Shown in pieces: positions 29,320 to 38,675 of a stretch of 64,000 nt of DNA. The notes under the pieces are model-generated. The model worked only from the letters and a program-made list of their open reading frames with translations. It ran no database searches and was not told the DNA's origin. A program made the translations under genes and the position numbers. The stretch spans positions 1,504,001 through 1,568,000 of the forward strand of contig OZ253564.1 in the NCBI GenBank assembly GCA_965262915.1, given 5' to 3'. Source of the stretch: Candidatus Spongiisociaceae bacterium. GTDB taxonomy: Bacteria > Actinomycetota > Acidimicrobiia > Spongiisociales > Spongiisociaceae. Positions within the stretch are counted from its first letter, which is position 1. Each line of letters begins with the position of its first letter.

Positions 29320-29600
29320 CTTAGCAATTCTCTCCTTCTTTCCTGACTCGAACAGTCCTTGATCCACTGCTTGACGCGGGCGAGAAGTTGTTTGGCCCAC
29401 CCGAACTCCGTTGACCACAGCACTACGCCCGCTAGGAGGAACGCTGTGCCGGGCACCAAGGGGAGGACGAGTCCGATGAGGCCCACCAGGACGAGCACGC
29501 CCCCGCCTACAGCCGCCGCCCTTCTGAACCCGCGCGGCACAGTGATCTCCCTTGGCCGGTCAAGTGATGTCATACGGTGAATATCCATGACTTCGGGCAA
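29259..29600 (-). CDS. Small membrane protein (PGPGW-domain-like); C-terminus supplied by the MITE
   Basis: GGGVLVLVGLIGLVLPLVPG...WSTEFGWAKQLL. Paralog of 29745-30020. Confidence 0.72.
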   Translation of the reverse strand: MPEVMDIHRMTSLDRPREITVPRGFRRAAAVGGGVLVLVGLIGLVLPLVPGTAFLLAGVVLWSTEFGWAKQLLARVKQWIKDCSSQERRRELLSLNPPMGRAQRTWRYGGNAS

Positions 29601-29744
29601 CCCGTCTATGGGGAATCGCCCTGATTTGACCCTGAGTACCTCAGGACGACCTCGGGTTTGTCACTGATGGTTGGTACCAACGTCCAGTGAGAAAACGGAG
29701 ACATGGAAACCATGGGGCCCTCGCCGGTAGCCGGGTTGGGCCGC

Positions 29745-30020
29745 TCAGTCACGCTCTTGCAGTTCCGCAGAGGTGTTCGGGGGTGCAGGAAGCGACCTCC
29801 TCGCATCTTTCCTCCTGCTCGAGCGGCTCCTCATCCACCCACGGACCCGCACCAGGAGTCGCTTGGCCCAACTGAACTCGCTCGACCACACGAAGAGGCC
29901 CGCGATCAGGAAAACCGCGCCGGGAAGGATGGGGAGGGCGAAACCCGCCAAGCCTAGGAGAACCAGGATTCCGCCGCCGATGGCCACGAATGCCTTCCGA
30001 AAGTTGCTATGCACGGTCAT
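29745..30020 (-). CDS. Small membrane protein (PGPGW-domain-like)
   Basis: SD AGGAGG; GGGILVLLGLAGFALPILPG...WSSEFSWAKRLL. Confidence 0.75.
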   Translation of the reverse strand: MTVHSNFRKAFVAIGGGILVLLGLAGFALPILPGAVFLIAGLFVWSSEFSWAKRLLVRVRGWMRSRSSRRKDARRSLPAPPNTSAELQERD

Positions 30021-30054
30021 TCGCCTCCTGCCCGACATTCCGTCTCAAGTCCGC

Positions 30055-31698
30055 TCAGCCGCGTCTAGCCGTCTCTACCTTTCGGTAGAGGGGTCTGATG
30101 GTTCCCAGAGTCGTTCCCGGAGGAACGGGCAGACCGGCCCAGCCCTGGCCTGCGACGGTGCCGGGGAGGCCGAGCATGGAATGGAGGCGTCCGGTGGTCA
30201 CGGGCAGGTAGGGGGCAAGGGCCACCTTCAGGTGGTTGATGGCGTCGAGAGCCGTCTTCAACACGGTGGCGGTCCGTTCGAGGTCGGTCTTGGCCGTCTT
30301 CCACGGCTCGGTAGCGTTCAGATAGGCGTTGATCTGCCCGGCTGCCTCCATGGCGGTCCGGAGCCCGGCCCGAAGTTCGACCCTCTCGATCCGGGCAGCC
30401 ACGCGGTCCAGGAGCTGCTCGGATGAGGTCCGGACGGCCCGGTCATCAGCGGTTTCCTTGCCCGGCTCCGGAACTCGGTCACCGAACACCGATCGGGTTA
30501 GCGACAGGACCCGGTTGACGAGATTTCCCCAGGTGGCGACCAGTTCATCGTTGATACGGCGATCGATCTCGTGCTCGGTCATCTCCGTGTCGCTGTTCTC
30601 CGGCAGGCTGGCTGCCAGCGCGTACCGGAGGGCGTCGGGTTCGTAGACGTCCAGCGCGCCGCTGATGGTGAGGCCGATTCCCCGGCTCGCCGACGCCTTG
30701 CCTCCACGGAAGGTCACGTACTGGTTGGCAGGGACATTCGTGGGGAGTTCCAGGCCGCCGTATCCGAGCAGCATGGCCGGCCAGATGATGGTGTGGAAGG
30801 GAATGTTGTCCTTGCCGATGAAGTAGTAGTGCTCGGCCTCGGGGTTCTCCCACCAGTCCTTCCAGGCGTCCGGCGTACCTTGTATCTGCGACCACTCCTT
30901 GGATGCCGACAGGTAGCCGATCACCGCGTCGAACCACACGTAGATCTTCTTGCCCGGTCCGAGACCCTCGACCGGTATGTCGATGCCCCATTCGATGTCG
31001 CGGGTTATGGCGCGATCCTGCAGACCCTCCTTGATCCATCCGAGCGAGAAGTTGAGGACGTGCTTGCGCCAGCCCTTCCGGGAGTGCAGCCATTCTTCCA
31101 ACTGGTCGGAGAAGTCGGGCAGGCGCAGGTAGAAGTGGTCTGTCCTGCGACTCACCGGGGTGGCGCCGGACAGCGTGGAGCGGGCGTCGATCAGATCCAC
31201 CGGGTCAAGGGTGCGTCCGCACGACTCGCATTGATCGCCCCTCGCGTCCCCATATCCACAGTGCGGGCAGGTTCCCTCGACGTAGCGGTCGGGTAGGAAG
31301 CGACGAGACTCGGGATCGAAGAACTGCTCGGAGGTGCGTCGGTCTATGTGCCCGTTCTCGTGGAGAGTCCGGAAGATGTCCTGGGTTACCTCATGGTGGT
31401 TGGGGGTTCCGGTCATGGTGAACAGTTCCCACTGGATCGCCAGGTCGTCCCAGTTGGCCACGAACTCGGCGTGGTAACGATCGACGATCTCCTGGGGGGT
31501 TACCCCTTCCTGATCGGCCCTCACCGTGATGGGGGTGCCGTAGATGTCGCTTCCCGACACCATCAGGACCCGGTCTCCGGCCAGGCGGTGGTAGCGGGCG
31601 AAGATGTCGGCCGGAAGGTAGGCGCCCGCGAGATGGCCGAGATGACGGGAGCCGGACGCGTACGGCCAAGCGACGGAGACAAGGACATGTCGGTTCAT
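30055..31698 (-). CDS. metG: Methionine--tRNA ligase
   Basis: VAWPYA...HLGH, zinc knuckle CPHC/CESC, YVWFDA and GKDNIPFH. Confidence 0.96.
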   Translation of the reverse strand: MNRHVLVSVAWPYASGSRHLGHLAGAYLPADIFARYHRLAGDRVLMVSGSDIYGTPITVRADQEGVTPQEIVDRYHAEFVANWDDLAIQWELFTMTGTPNHHEVTQDIFRTLHENGHIDRRTSEQFFDPESRRFLPDRYVEGTCPHCGYGDARGDQCESCGRTLDPVDLIDARSTLSGATPVSRRTDHFYLRLPDFSDQLEEWLHSRKGWRKHVLNFSLGWIKEGLQDRAITRDIEWGIDIPVEGLGPGKKIYVWFDAVIGYLSASKEWSQIQGTPDAWKDWWENPEAEHYYFIGKDNIPFHTIIWPAMLLGYGGLELPTNVPANQYVTFRGGKASASRGIGLTISGALDVYEPDALRYALAASLPENSDTEMTEHEIDRRINDELVATWGNLVNRVLSLTRSVFGDRVPEPGKETADDRAVRTSSEQLLDRVAARIERVELRAGLRTAMEAAGQINAYLNATEPWKTAKTDLERTATVLKTALDAINHLKVALAPYLPVTTGRLHSMLGLPGTVAGQGWAGLPVPPGTTLGTIRPLYRKVETARRG

Positions 31699-31787
31699 AG
31701 CCCCACAGGCTACCGGAGTCCGAAGCCTGTCATTCATCCGAGCGGCATCCCGGTAAGTGCCCCGCCGGCGGTGCTTACGATTGGGAC

Positions 31788-32504
31788 ATGAGAGTTGCGG
31801 CGGCCCTCGTGGCCGCATTGATCGCCAGCCTGTTCTTCGCCGACCTGCTCCGCGGATACCGGGCCGCCCCGAGGCCCCATACCGCTGCGTACACGGCCGG
31901 GATCGGGTGCTTCGCCCTCGCCACCTGGGCATTGTTCCTCGGTGCGGCAACCGGCTGGACCTCGGCCAGCTACCGGATCTTCTTCCTGTTCGGCGCGATC
32001 GTCAATATCCCTGTCCTCGCGCTGGGCTCGATGTTCCTGGTGGTGGGACGGCGGGCCGGACACGCGATGCTGCTGCTGCTGTTCCCGTTCTTTGCTATCT
32101 CCATACCGATGACCCTTGCCGAGCCGTTCGACGCCGGCGCGCTGCCCGCCGGCGGCGTGCCGGGTGGCCGGGAACTGTGGGCCGAGATGTTCGGGCCCCG
32201 CCTCTGGGCGGCGATCGGCGGAGGGATGGGGGCCACGATCATCATCGTTCTGGCGGTCGTATCGGCCTTCAGGTTCTGGCACAGGAGCCGTCGTCTGGTG
32301 TGGGGCAACCTCATGATCGTGGCCGGCACCTTGGCCGCCTCCACAGGAGGGACAATCCTGGCGCTCGGGATCGACTGGGGCTTCTCGGCTTCGCTGCTGG
32401 TGGCGGTGATCCTCATCTGGGCCGGCTTCCGAATAGCCGTGAGCGCCCGCCGCGCGCTGCCCGTCCTAGCCGAGGGTGAGGCACCCTCCGTCCCGCGAGC
32501 TTGA
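31788..32504 (+). CDS. Integral membrane protein (about 7 TM)
   Basis: Hydrophobic ORF. TACGAT -10 element 6 nt before the ATG suggests a leaderless mRNA. Confidence 0.8.
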   Translation: MRVAAALVAALIASLFFADLLRGYRAAPRPHTAAYTAGIGCFALATWALFLGAATGWTSASYRIFFLFGAIVNIPVLALGSMFLVVGRRAGHAMLLLLFPFFAISIPMTLAEPFDAGALPAGGVPGGRELWAEMFGPRLWAAIGGGMGATIIIVLAVVSAFRFWHRSRRLVWGNLMIVAGTLAASTGGTILALGIDWGFSASLLVAVILIWAGFRIAVSARRALPVLAEGEAPSVPRA

Positions 32505-32584
32505 TCCAATCGGGTCTCGCCCGCTCGCCCGGAGCAGGCAAACGGGCCGAGAAGGACCCTATACTAATAGTTAATGCCCTATAA

Positions 32585-32612
32585 CTTAATAGCTTCGGAG
32601 CTAGTTAAGGAG
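32585..32612 (+). promoter_or_regulatory. AT-rich hairpin overlapping the fic Shine-Dalgarno
   Basis: CTTAATAGCT-TCGG-AGCTA(G)TTAAG; the SD AAGGAG lies at 32607-32612. Confidence 0.5.
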
Positions 32613-32622
32613 AACTGAACAG

Positions 32623-33789
32623 ATGGACCGCGGAGAGACGGGTCGCTACGAGGTCACGACGATCGGGGGCGAGAAGGTTCGCGCCTTCATCCCGCTACCC
32701 CTGCCGCCCGTGCCCCCGCTCGTACTCGACGGACCCCTTCTGCAAGCGCTTGAGGCGGCCAACCTTGCCCTCGGTCGCCTCGATGGGGTTACGACCCTAC
32801 TACCCGACAAGTCCCTCTTCCTCTATCACTACGTACGCAAGGAGGCGGTTCTCTCATCACAGATCGAAGGAACGCAGTCCTCGCTTACCGATTTATTGCA
32901 ACACGAGCGGGACCAGGCGCCGGGAGTCCCCCTAGACGACATCGCTGAGGTATCCCGCTACGTCGCAGCGCTGGAGCACGGGCTGAGGCGGCTCCGGGTG
33001 GACGACTTCCCGCTGTCGAACCGGCTGATCAGGGAAGTTCACGGTGTCCTGCTCTCGTCGGGGCGCGGCGGCAGCCAGACGCCGGGTGAGTTCCGGCGCT
33101 CGCAGAACTGGATCGGCGGTAGCCGACCCGGCAATGCGGCCTTCGTCCCTCCACCTCACTCCTGGGTGGGGGACTGCATGACAGCGCTGGAAAGCTTCCT
33201 CCACGCGACCGACGACGGCCTACCGATCCTCGTACGGGTCGGCTTGGCCCATGTGCAACTGGAGACCATCCACCCGTTTCTCGACGGCAACGGCCGGGTC
33301 GGGCGGATGCTCATCACTTTCCTCCTCTGCCACGCCGACGTGCTTGCGGACCCGCTCCTGTACCTGAGCCTGTATCTAAAACAGAACCGTCCGGAGTACT
33401 ACCGGTTACTCGGCGAGGTCCGATTCAACGGCAACTGGGAGGCATGGCTGGAGTTCTTCTTGGAGGGGATCCGCGAGACGGCAGAGGCCGCCGTCTCGAC
33501 AGCAAGGCGCCTGACGGAGATCTTCAGGACCGACAAGGAGCGCATCTCGGCGCTGGGCCGCCAGGCCGGCTCCGCTCTACGCGTGCACGAAACGCTCATG
33601 GCAGTGCCTATTCGCAGTATTACCGACGTGTGCAGGATCACAGGGCTGTCGTTCCCCGGCGCGTCGGCGGGCATGCAACGACTCGTCGACCTCGAGATGG
33701 CAATGGAGATCACAGGAGGACGACGTGACCGGCTATTCGTGTACACCGACTACCTGGATATCCTGACCGAGGGAACCGAACCCCTGTAA
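32623..33789 (+). CDS. Fic-family protein with C-terminal HTH
   Basis: EAVLSSQIEGT, PGEFRRSQNWIG and HPFLDGNGRVGR. Confidence 0.93.
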   Translation: MDRGETGRYEVTTIGGEKVRAFIPLPLPPVPPLVLDGPLLQALEAANLALGRLDGVTTLLPDKSLFLYHYVRKEAVLSSQIEGTQSSLTDLLQHERDQAPGVPLDDIAEVSRYVAALEHGLRRLRVDDFPLSNRLIREVHGVLLSSGRGGSQTPGEFRRSQNWIGGSRPGNAAFVPPPHSWVGDCMTALESFLHATDDGLPILVRVGLAHVQLETIHPFLDGNGRVGRMLITFLLCHADVLADPLLYLSLYLKQNRPEYYRLLGEVRFNGNWEAWLEFFLEGIRETAEAAVSTARRLTEIFRTDKERISALGRQAGSALRVHETLMAVPIRSITDVCRITGLSFPGASAGMQRLVDLEMAMEITGGRRDRLFVYTDYLDILTEGTEPL

Positions 33790-33871
33790 GCCATCCGCAA
33801 CCCGGCCGGAACCAGGGTCTACCCGTACACCCTCGAACTCCGGTGGGTTCTGCTGTTGGCGGTTGGGTGGA

Positions 33872-35011
33872 TCATGTGACGAGAAGATCCGATCCGCGGG
33901 CGGATTCGGTCGCCGTAGCGACCTGGAGGCTTTGCTGCCCGGAACGGTTCTTGATCTCCTCGATACGGTTCAGTTGACGTTCGAGTTGCTGGCGACGGGT
34001 CGTGGACAGTTCGTCGAAGGCGGAGTTGAGCCGACCTAGGTGCCGGCCGACCAGATCGAACTGCGCGACGTACCGTTGCCACTGGTCGGTGAAGCGCGCC
34101 AGGTGATCGAGAATCTCCTGGGACGACCTCTCCATGGCGAGGGTGTCCATTGCCTGGCGTACCAGCGCCAGCATCGCGAACAGCGTCGAAGGCGAGCAGA
34201 TGACAACCCGGCTTGCCAGAGCCTCGTCGAACACGTTGCGGTGGTGTTCGTGGATGAAGGCGTAGACGCCGTCGTTGGGAATGAACATCAGGACGTACCC
34301 GACCGTCGTGATCGATTCCATGTAGGCCTCTCGAGTTGCGAGGGTCCTCACATGTCCGAGTACGGCGCTCCCGAAGTCCCGGAGCGCCTTCTGCTTCTCC
34401 AGATCCGACGGAGCTTCCATATAGCGGGCGTAGCCCTCCAAGGGGAACTTGACATCCATGTTCAGCACCTGTCCGTCGGGGAGGAGGAAGGTGAAGTCGG
34501 GCCGGGTACCGGCGGCAGTGGTCTTCTGCTTCAGGTAGTTCACCCCTTCGACCATGCCGGCCGCGCGCAGGATGTCATCGGCCATGCGCTCTCCCCACTG
34601 GCCCCGCGCCTGGCGGTTGATCAGGATGTCGTTGAGCCTCCGGGTGGAGCGGAGAAGCAGGTCCTGCTGCTCGGCGGCGTTGTGCAGGTTCTGGGTGAGT
34701 CCCGCATGCTGGGCCGCCCGCTCCTTCTGCAATTCGGCGAACAGGCGCCGCAGCTCGGACAACTCCCCGTTCACCTGGGAGGTCACCCCGTCCCACTTGT
34801 GGTCGATGACATCCCGCTGGTGCTCGAGTTGTGCCTTACCGGTTTCAAGGTGAGCACGGAAGGAGCTGCCTGCCACCGCGATGACCTTTTGTAGCAAGGC
34901 TTCGGTGTCGACGACGGGTTCGGAACGGCGCTGCCGGTCCCAGGCCACGGCGAACCCGATCGCGGCCAGGACGGATATCACGAGAGCTGAGATGAGTGCA
35001 AGAGTTTCCAT
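33872..35011 (-). CDS. rmuC: DNA recombination protein RmuC
   Basis: N-terminal TM, coiled coil, RGQWGE, RPDF...LP, DVKFP and MFIPN. Confidence 0.9.
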   Translation of the reverse strand: METLALISALVISVLAAIGFAVAWDRQRRSEPVVDTEALLQKVIAVAGSSFRAHLETGKAQLEHQRDVIDHKWDGVTSQVNGELSELRRLFAELQKERAAQHAGLTQNLHNAAEQQDLLLRSTRRLNDILINRQARGQWGERMADDILRAAGMVEGVNYLKQKTTAAGTRPDFTFLLPDGQVLNMDVKFPLEGYARYMEAPSDLEKQKALRDFGSAVLGHVRTLATREAYMESITTVGYVLMFIPNDGVYAFIHEHHRNVFDEALASRVVICSPSTLFAMLALVRQAMDTLAMERSSQEILDHLARFTDQWQRYVAQFDLVGRHLGRLNSAFDELSTTRRQQLERQLNRIEEIKNRSGQQSLQVATATESARGSDLLVT

Positions 35012-35205
35012 ACGGACAATGGTATGGAGGGGGTGTGACAGATCCGCGGGATCCCCGGCGTCGCCGCGGGCACGAATGGAGTGGGAGGCGTCGGGGAACC
35101 TCAACGGGCTTCGGAGAGCTCCTGAGTCCGGTCGGTGCGAGACCGGGCACCCACCGGCGGGAACCGTCCTCCGCCAAGGTCCGAACTCCGATAGTCTTGG
35201 GATCG

Positions 35206-36168
35206 ATGACGGTTACTGCAGCTACCGTCCCGGCTTCGCCGGTCCTCGGCCCTTCGGTGACCCCGAAGGTTGTCGAGTCCTACCTGCGCTCCGTTCCCTC
35301 GGTCGACGAGGTGGGGGTGACCGAGCGGGCATCCGCCCTATCCACCAGGTCGGTGAAGCGGGAGTCCAAGCTGGCCGCGCTCGACCTCGCCATCCGCATG
35401 TGCGACCTGACCACCCTCGAAGGACGTGACACACCCGGCAAGGTCATCCAGTTGGCTTCGAAGGCGGTCCGGCCCGATCCCGTCGATCCCACCATCCCGC
35501 CCGTGGCGGCCCTCTGCGTGTACCCGAACATGGTGCCATACGCGGTCGGAGCCCTGGCCGGAAGCGGGGTGGCGGTGGCGTCGGTGGCCACCTACTTCCC
35601 GTCGGGTCAGGCGCCTCTCTCGGTGAAGACGGCCGATGTCTCCTGGGCGGTCGCGGAAGGAGCGGACGAGATCGACATGGTCATCGACCGGGGGGCGTTC
35701 CTGTGCGGCGACTACCTCAAGGTGTACGACGAGATAGTGGCCGTCAAGGAAGCCTGCGGGCGCGCCCATCTCAAGGTGATCCTCGAGACAGGTGAACTCA
35801 GCACCTACGACAACGTGCGCAGAGCTTCGATGCTGGCCATGGCGGCCGGGGCCGACTTCATCAAGACCTCCACCGGCAAGACGGCCTCCAATGCGACCCT
35901 TCCGGTCACCCTCGTGATGCTGGAGGCGATCCGGGACTTCTACACCAGCACGGGACGTGCGGTCGGGATGAAGCCGGCCGGGGGGATCAGCACCGGCAAG
36001 GTCGCCATCCGCTACCTGGTGCTCCTCGCCGAGACCCTGGGGGCGGGCTGGCTGTCCCCGTCCCGGTTCCGGTTCGGGGCATCGAGCCTTCTCAACGATC
36101 TCCTCATGCAGATCCGCTGGGTTCGCGAGGGCCGCTACCAGTCACCCGACCACTTCACCAAGGACTGA
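35206..36168 (+). CDS. deoC: Deoxyribose-phosphate aldolase
   Basis: DLTTLEG.DT, GADEIDMV, LKVILETGEL, FIKTSTGK and FRFGASSL. Confidence 0.95.
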   Translation: MTVTAATVPASPVLGPSVTPKVVESYLRSVPSVDEVGVTERASALSTRSVKRESKLAALDLAIRMCDLTTLEGRDTPGKVIQLASKAVRPDPVDPTIPPVAALCVYPNMVPYAVGALAGSGVAVASVATYFPSGQAPLSVKTADVSWAVAEGADEIDMVIDRGAFLCGDYLKVYDEIVAVKEACGRAHLKVILETGELSTYDNVRRASMLAMAAGADFIKTSTGKTASNATLPVTLVMLEAIRDFYTSTGRAVGMKPAGGISTGKVAIRYLVLLAETLGAGWLSPSRFRFGASSLLNDLLMQIRWVREGRYQSPDHFTKD

Positions 36169-36171
36169 ACG

Positions 36172-37659
36172 ATGGATGAGCTGAGGCCCTCTCCCGTGAA
36201 GAAGCCGGAGATCATCCCGACCGGACTCGACTACGTGCCGTCCCGCGAGTCCACCGATGTGGTCTCCATGGAGGAGAGCTACGAGCTGTGGATCGACGGG
36301 AGACCGTCCGAGCCTGCCACCAACCGGTACTTGCCCACGGTCAATCCGGCTACCGAGGAGACCCTCAGCCGGGTGGCGGAAGCCGGCTCGGAGGACGTGG
36401 ACCGGGCGGTGACGGCAGCCCGCAGCGCCTACACCGGCGTCTGGGGAAGGTTGGACGGCGCGGAGAGATCGAAGTACCTCTACCGCCTGGCCAGGATGCT
36501 CCAGGAGCGGTCCCGCGAGTTCGCGGTGCTGGAGACGCTCGACGGGGGCAAACCCATCAAGGAGTCGCGGGATGTCGATCTCCCCCTCGCGGCGGCCCAT
36601 TTCTTCTACTACGCCGGGTGGGCGGACAAGCTGGAGTACGCCTTTCCCGTTCTGGACACCCGGCCGCTGGGAGTCGTGGGGCAGGTGATCCCCTGGAACT
36701 TCCCGATGCTGATGCTGGCCTGGAAGGTGGCGCCCGCCCTGGCCACCGGCAACACGGTGGTGCTCAAGCCGGCCGAGACCACCCCGCTGAGCGCGCTTGC
36801 CTTCGCCCGCCTCGCGGCCGAGGCGGGACTCCCCGCGGGTGTCCTGAACGTCGTCACCGGGAACGGCCGAACCGGAGCGGAGGTGGTGGCCCATCCCGGT
36901 GTCGACAAGGTGGCCTTCACCGGCTCCACGGAGGTGGGCAAGCTCATCCAGAAGCGGCTGGCCGGAACGGGCAGGAGGCTGACCCTGGAACTCGGCGGCA
37001 AGGCGCCCCACGTCATCTTCGACGACGCTCCCCTCGACCAGGCGATCGAAGGGGTCGTAAACGGTATCTTCTTCAACCAGGGCCACGTGTGCTGCGCGGG
37101 TAGCCGCCTGCTGGTCCAGGAGTCGATCTACGACACCTTGATGGACAAGCTCAAGGTGAGGCTGGCCACCCTCCGGGTGGGCGATCCGCTCGACAAGAAC
37201 ACCGATGTGGGAGCGATCAACAGCAGGGCGCAGCTCGACAGGATCACCGAACTGGTGGATGCCGGACTGGCCGAGGGCGCCGAGATGTACCAGCCGCCCT
37301 GTGCCCTTCCCGAGCGCGGTTACTGGTTCGCTCCCACCCTGTTCATGGGCGTGTCGCAGAGCCACCGGGTCGCGCAGGAGGAGATCTTCGGTCCGGTACT
37401 GTCGATCATGACCTTCCGCACGCCCGCCGAAGCGGTGGAGAAGGCCAACAACACGCCCTACGGACTGTCCGCCGGGGTGTGGACCAGCAAGGGCTCCCGC
37501 ATCCTGTGGATGGCCGACCGGCTCAAGGCAGGTGTGGTGTGGGCCAACACATACAACAAGTTCGACCCGGCCTCCCCGTTCGGCGGCTACCGGGAGTCGG
37601 GGTTCGGCCGGGAGGGTGGTCGCCATGGCCTGCTTCCCTACCTGAGGGGTGGCGCGTGA
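36172..37659 (+). CDS. Aldehyde dehydrogenase
   Basis: IPWNFP, FTGSTEVG, LELGGK, NQGHVCCAG and EEIFGPV. Confidence 0.94.
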   Translation: MDELRPSPVKKPEIIPTGLDYVPSRESTDVVSMEESYELWIDGRPSEPATNRYLPTVNPATEETLSRVAEAGSEDVDRAVTAARSAYTGVWGRLDGAERSKYLYRLARMLQERSREFAVLETLDGGKPIKESRDVDLPLAAAHFFYYAGWADKLEYAFPVLDTRPLGVVGQVIPWNFPMLMLAWKVAPALATGNTVVLKPAETTPLSALAFARLAAEAGLPAGVLNVVTGNGRTGAEVVAHPGVDKVAFTGSTEVGKLIQKRLAGTGRRLTLELGGKAPHVIFDDAPLDQAIEGVVNGIFFNQGHVCCAGSRLLVQESIYDTLMDKLKVRLATLRVGDPLDKNTDVGAINSRAQLDRITELVDAGLAEGAEMYQPPCALPERGYWFAPTLFMGVSQSHRVAQEEIFGPVLSIMTFRTPAEAVEKANNTPYGLSAGVWTSKGSRILWMADRLKAGVVWANTYNKFDPASPFGGYRESGFGREGGRHGLLPYLRGGA

Positions 37660-38525
37660 GCAGGATCGAGGTGCGCAAGACCTACAAGATGTACGTCGAT
37701 GGGGACTTTCCCCGATCCGAGTCGGGCCGCACCTACCCGGCTCTCGACCACCGGGGGGAGGTCATCGCCCGGGTGGCGGCCGGAACCCGCAAGGACCTTC
37801 GCCATGCCGTCCGATGTGCCCGCAAGGCGCAGGCCGGATGGGCCGGCCGGAGTGGATACAACCGGGGCCAGATCCTCTACCGGATCGCCGAGATGGTCGA
37901 GGACCGGGCACCCACCTTCGCAGCCCACATCGCGGCCACCGGAGTCGGCGGCGGCCGCGCCCGCCGGGAGGTGGCCCGAGCCGTGGACCGTCTCGTCTGG
38001 TACGCCGGTTGGGCCGACAAGTACCAGCAGGTGATCGGCAACCTGAACCCGGTCTCAGGGCCCTTCTTCAACATCTCGACGCCGGAACCGACCGGCGTCG
38101 TAGGGGTGGTCGCCCCCGAGGAGCCCGCCATGTTGGGTCTCGTCTCCCGGCTAGCTCCCGTCATCGTGTCGGGCAACACCGCGGTGGTGCTGGCTTCGGA
38201 GCGCTGGCCGGTACCCGCCATCTCGTTTGCCGAAGCGATGGCCACCGCCGACGTTCCCGGAGGGGTCGTAAACGTGCTGACCGGTCCCAAATCGGGAATG
38301 ATCCCCTTCCTTGCCTCCCACCTCGATGTCAATGCCGTCGACGCGTACGGGGCCGATCCGGGGATGATGGCCGAGTTGGAGGAAGCGGCGGCGGGCGGCG
38401 TGAAGCGGGTGGTGCGCCCGCCGGAGGGCCGGGTCGACTGGACCGACAACGGGACCGCTCAGAGTCTCTACTTCATCTCCGCCTTCACCGAGATCAAGAC
38501 AGTCTGGCACCCCAAAGGCCTTTGA
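37656..38525 (+). CDS. Short aldehyde dehydrogenase-family protein (NAD-binding domain only)
   Basis: VRKTYKMYVDG.FPRSESGR, YAGWADK and EIKTVWHP. No ELGGK motif or catalytic Cys segment. Confidence 0.88.
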   Translation: MSRIEVRKTYKMYVDGDFPRSESGRTYPALDHRGEVIARVAAGTRKDLRHAVRCARKAQAGWAGRSGYNRGQILYRIAEMVEDRAPTFAAHIAATGVGGGRARREVARAVDRLVWYAGWADKYQQVIGNLNPVSGPFFNISTPEPTGVVGVVAPEEPAMLGLVSRLAPVIVSGNTAVVLASERWPVPAISFAEAMATADVPGGVVNVLTGPKSGMIPFLASHLDVNAVDAYGADPGMMAELEEAAAGGVKRVVRPPEGRVDWTDNGTAQSLYFISAFTEIKTVWHPKGL

Positions 38526-38675
38526 CCCGATCCACCCCGAGGCTGGCTCCGGCCCGCCCGGTTGGTGTCCTCTCCCGTAGTCCGGCCATCAGCCGGCGCG
38601 CAAGATTCATCTTGCACAGACGCTCGGAAGGCGCCTCTCGCCGGCTGGATCCACAGTTGCTTGGGGAGCGAGCCG

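Noticed and set aside
30670-30720. MetG KMSKS loop reads KASAS
   Set aside because: Degenerate KMSKS motifs are common in actinobacterial MetG, so this is not enough to call unusual.
36142-37626. Long antisense and alternate-frame ORFs (for example 36142-37626 minus, 45005-46792 plus, 22892-24109 minus)
   Set aside because: These are shadow ORFs expected from high GC3, overlapping well-supported genes. Starts were trimmed to the homologous part where applicable.
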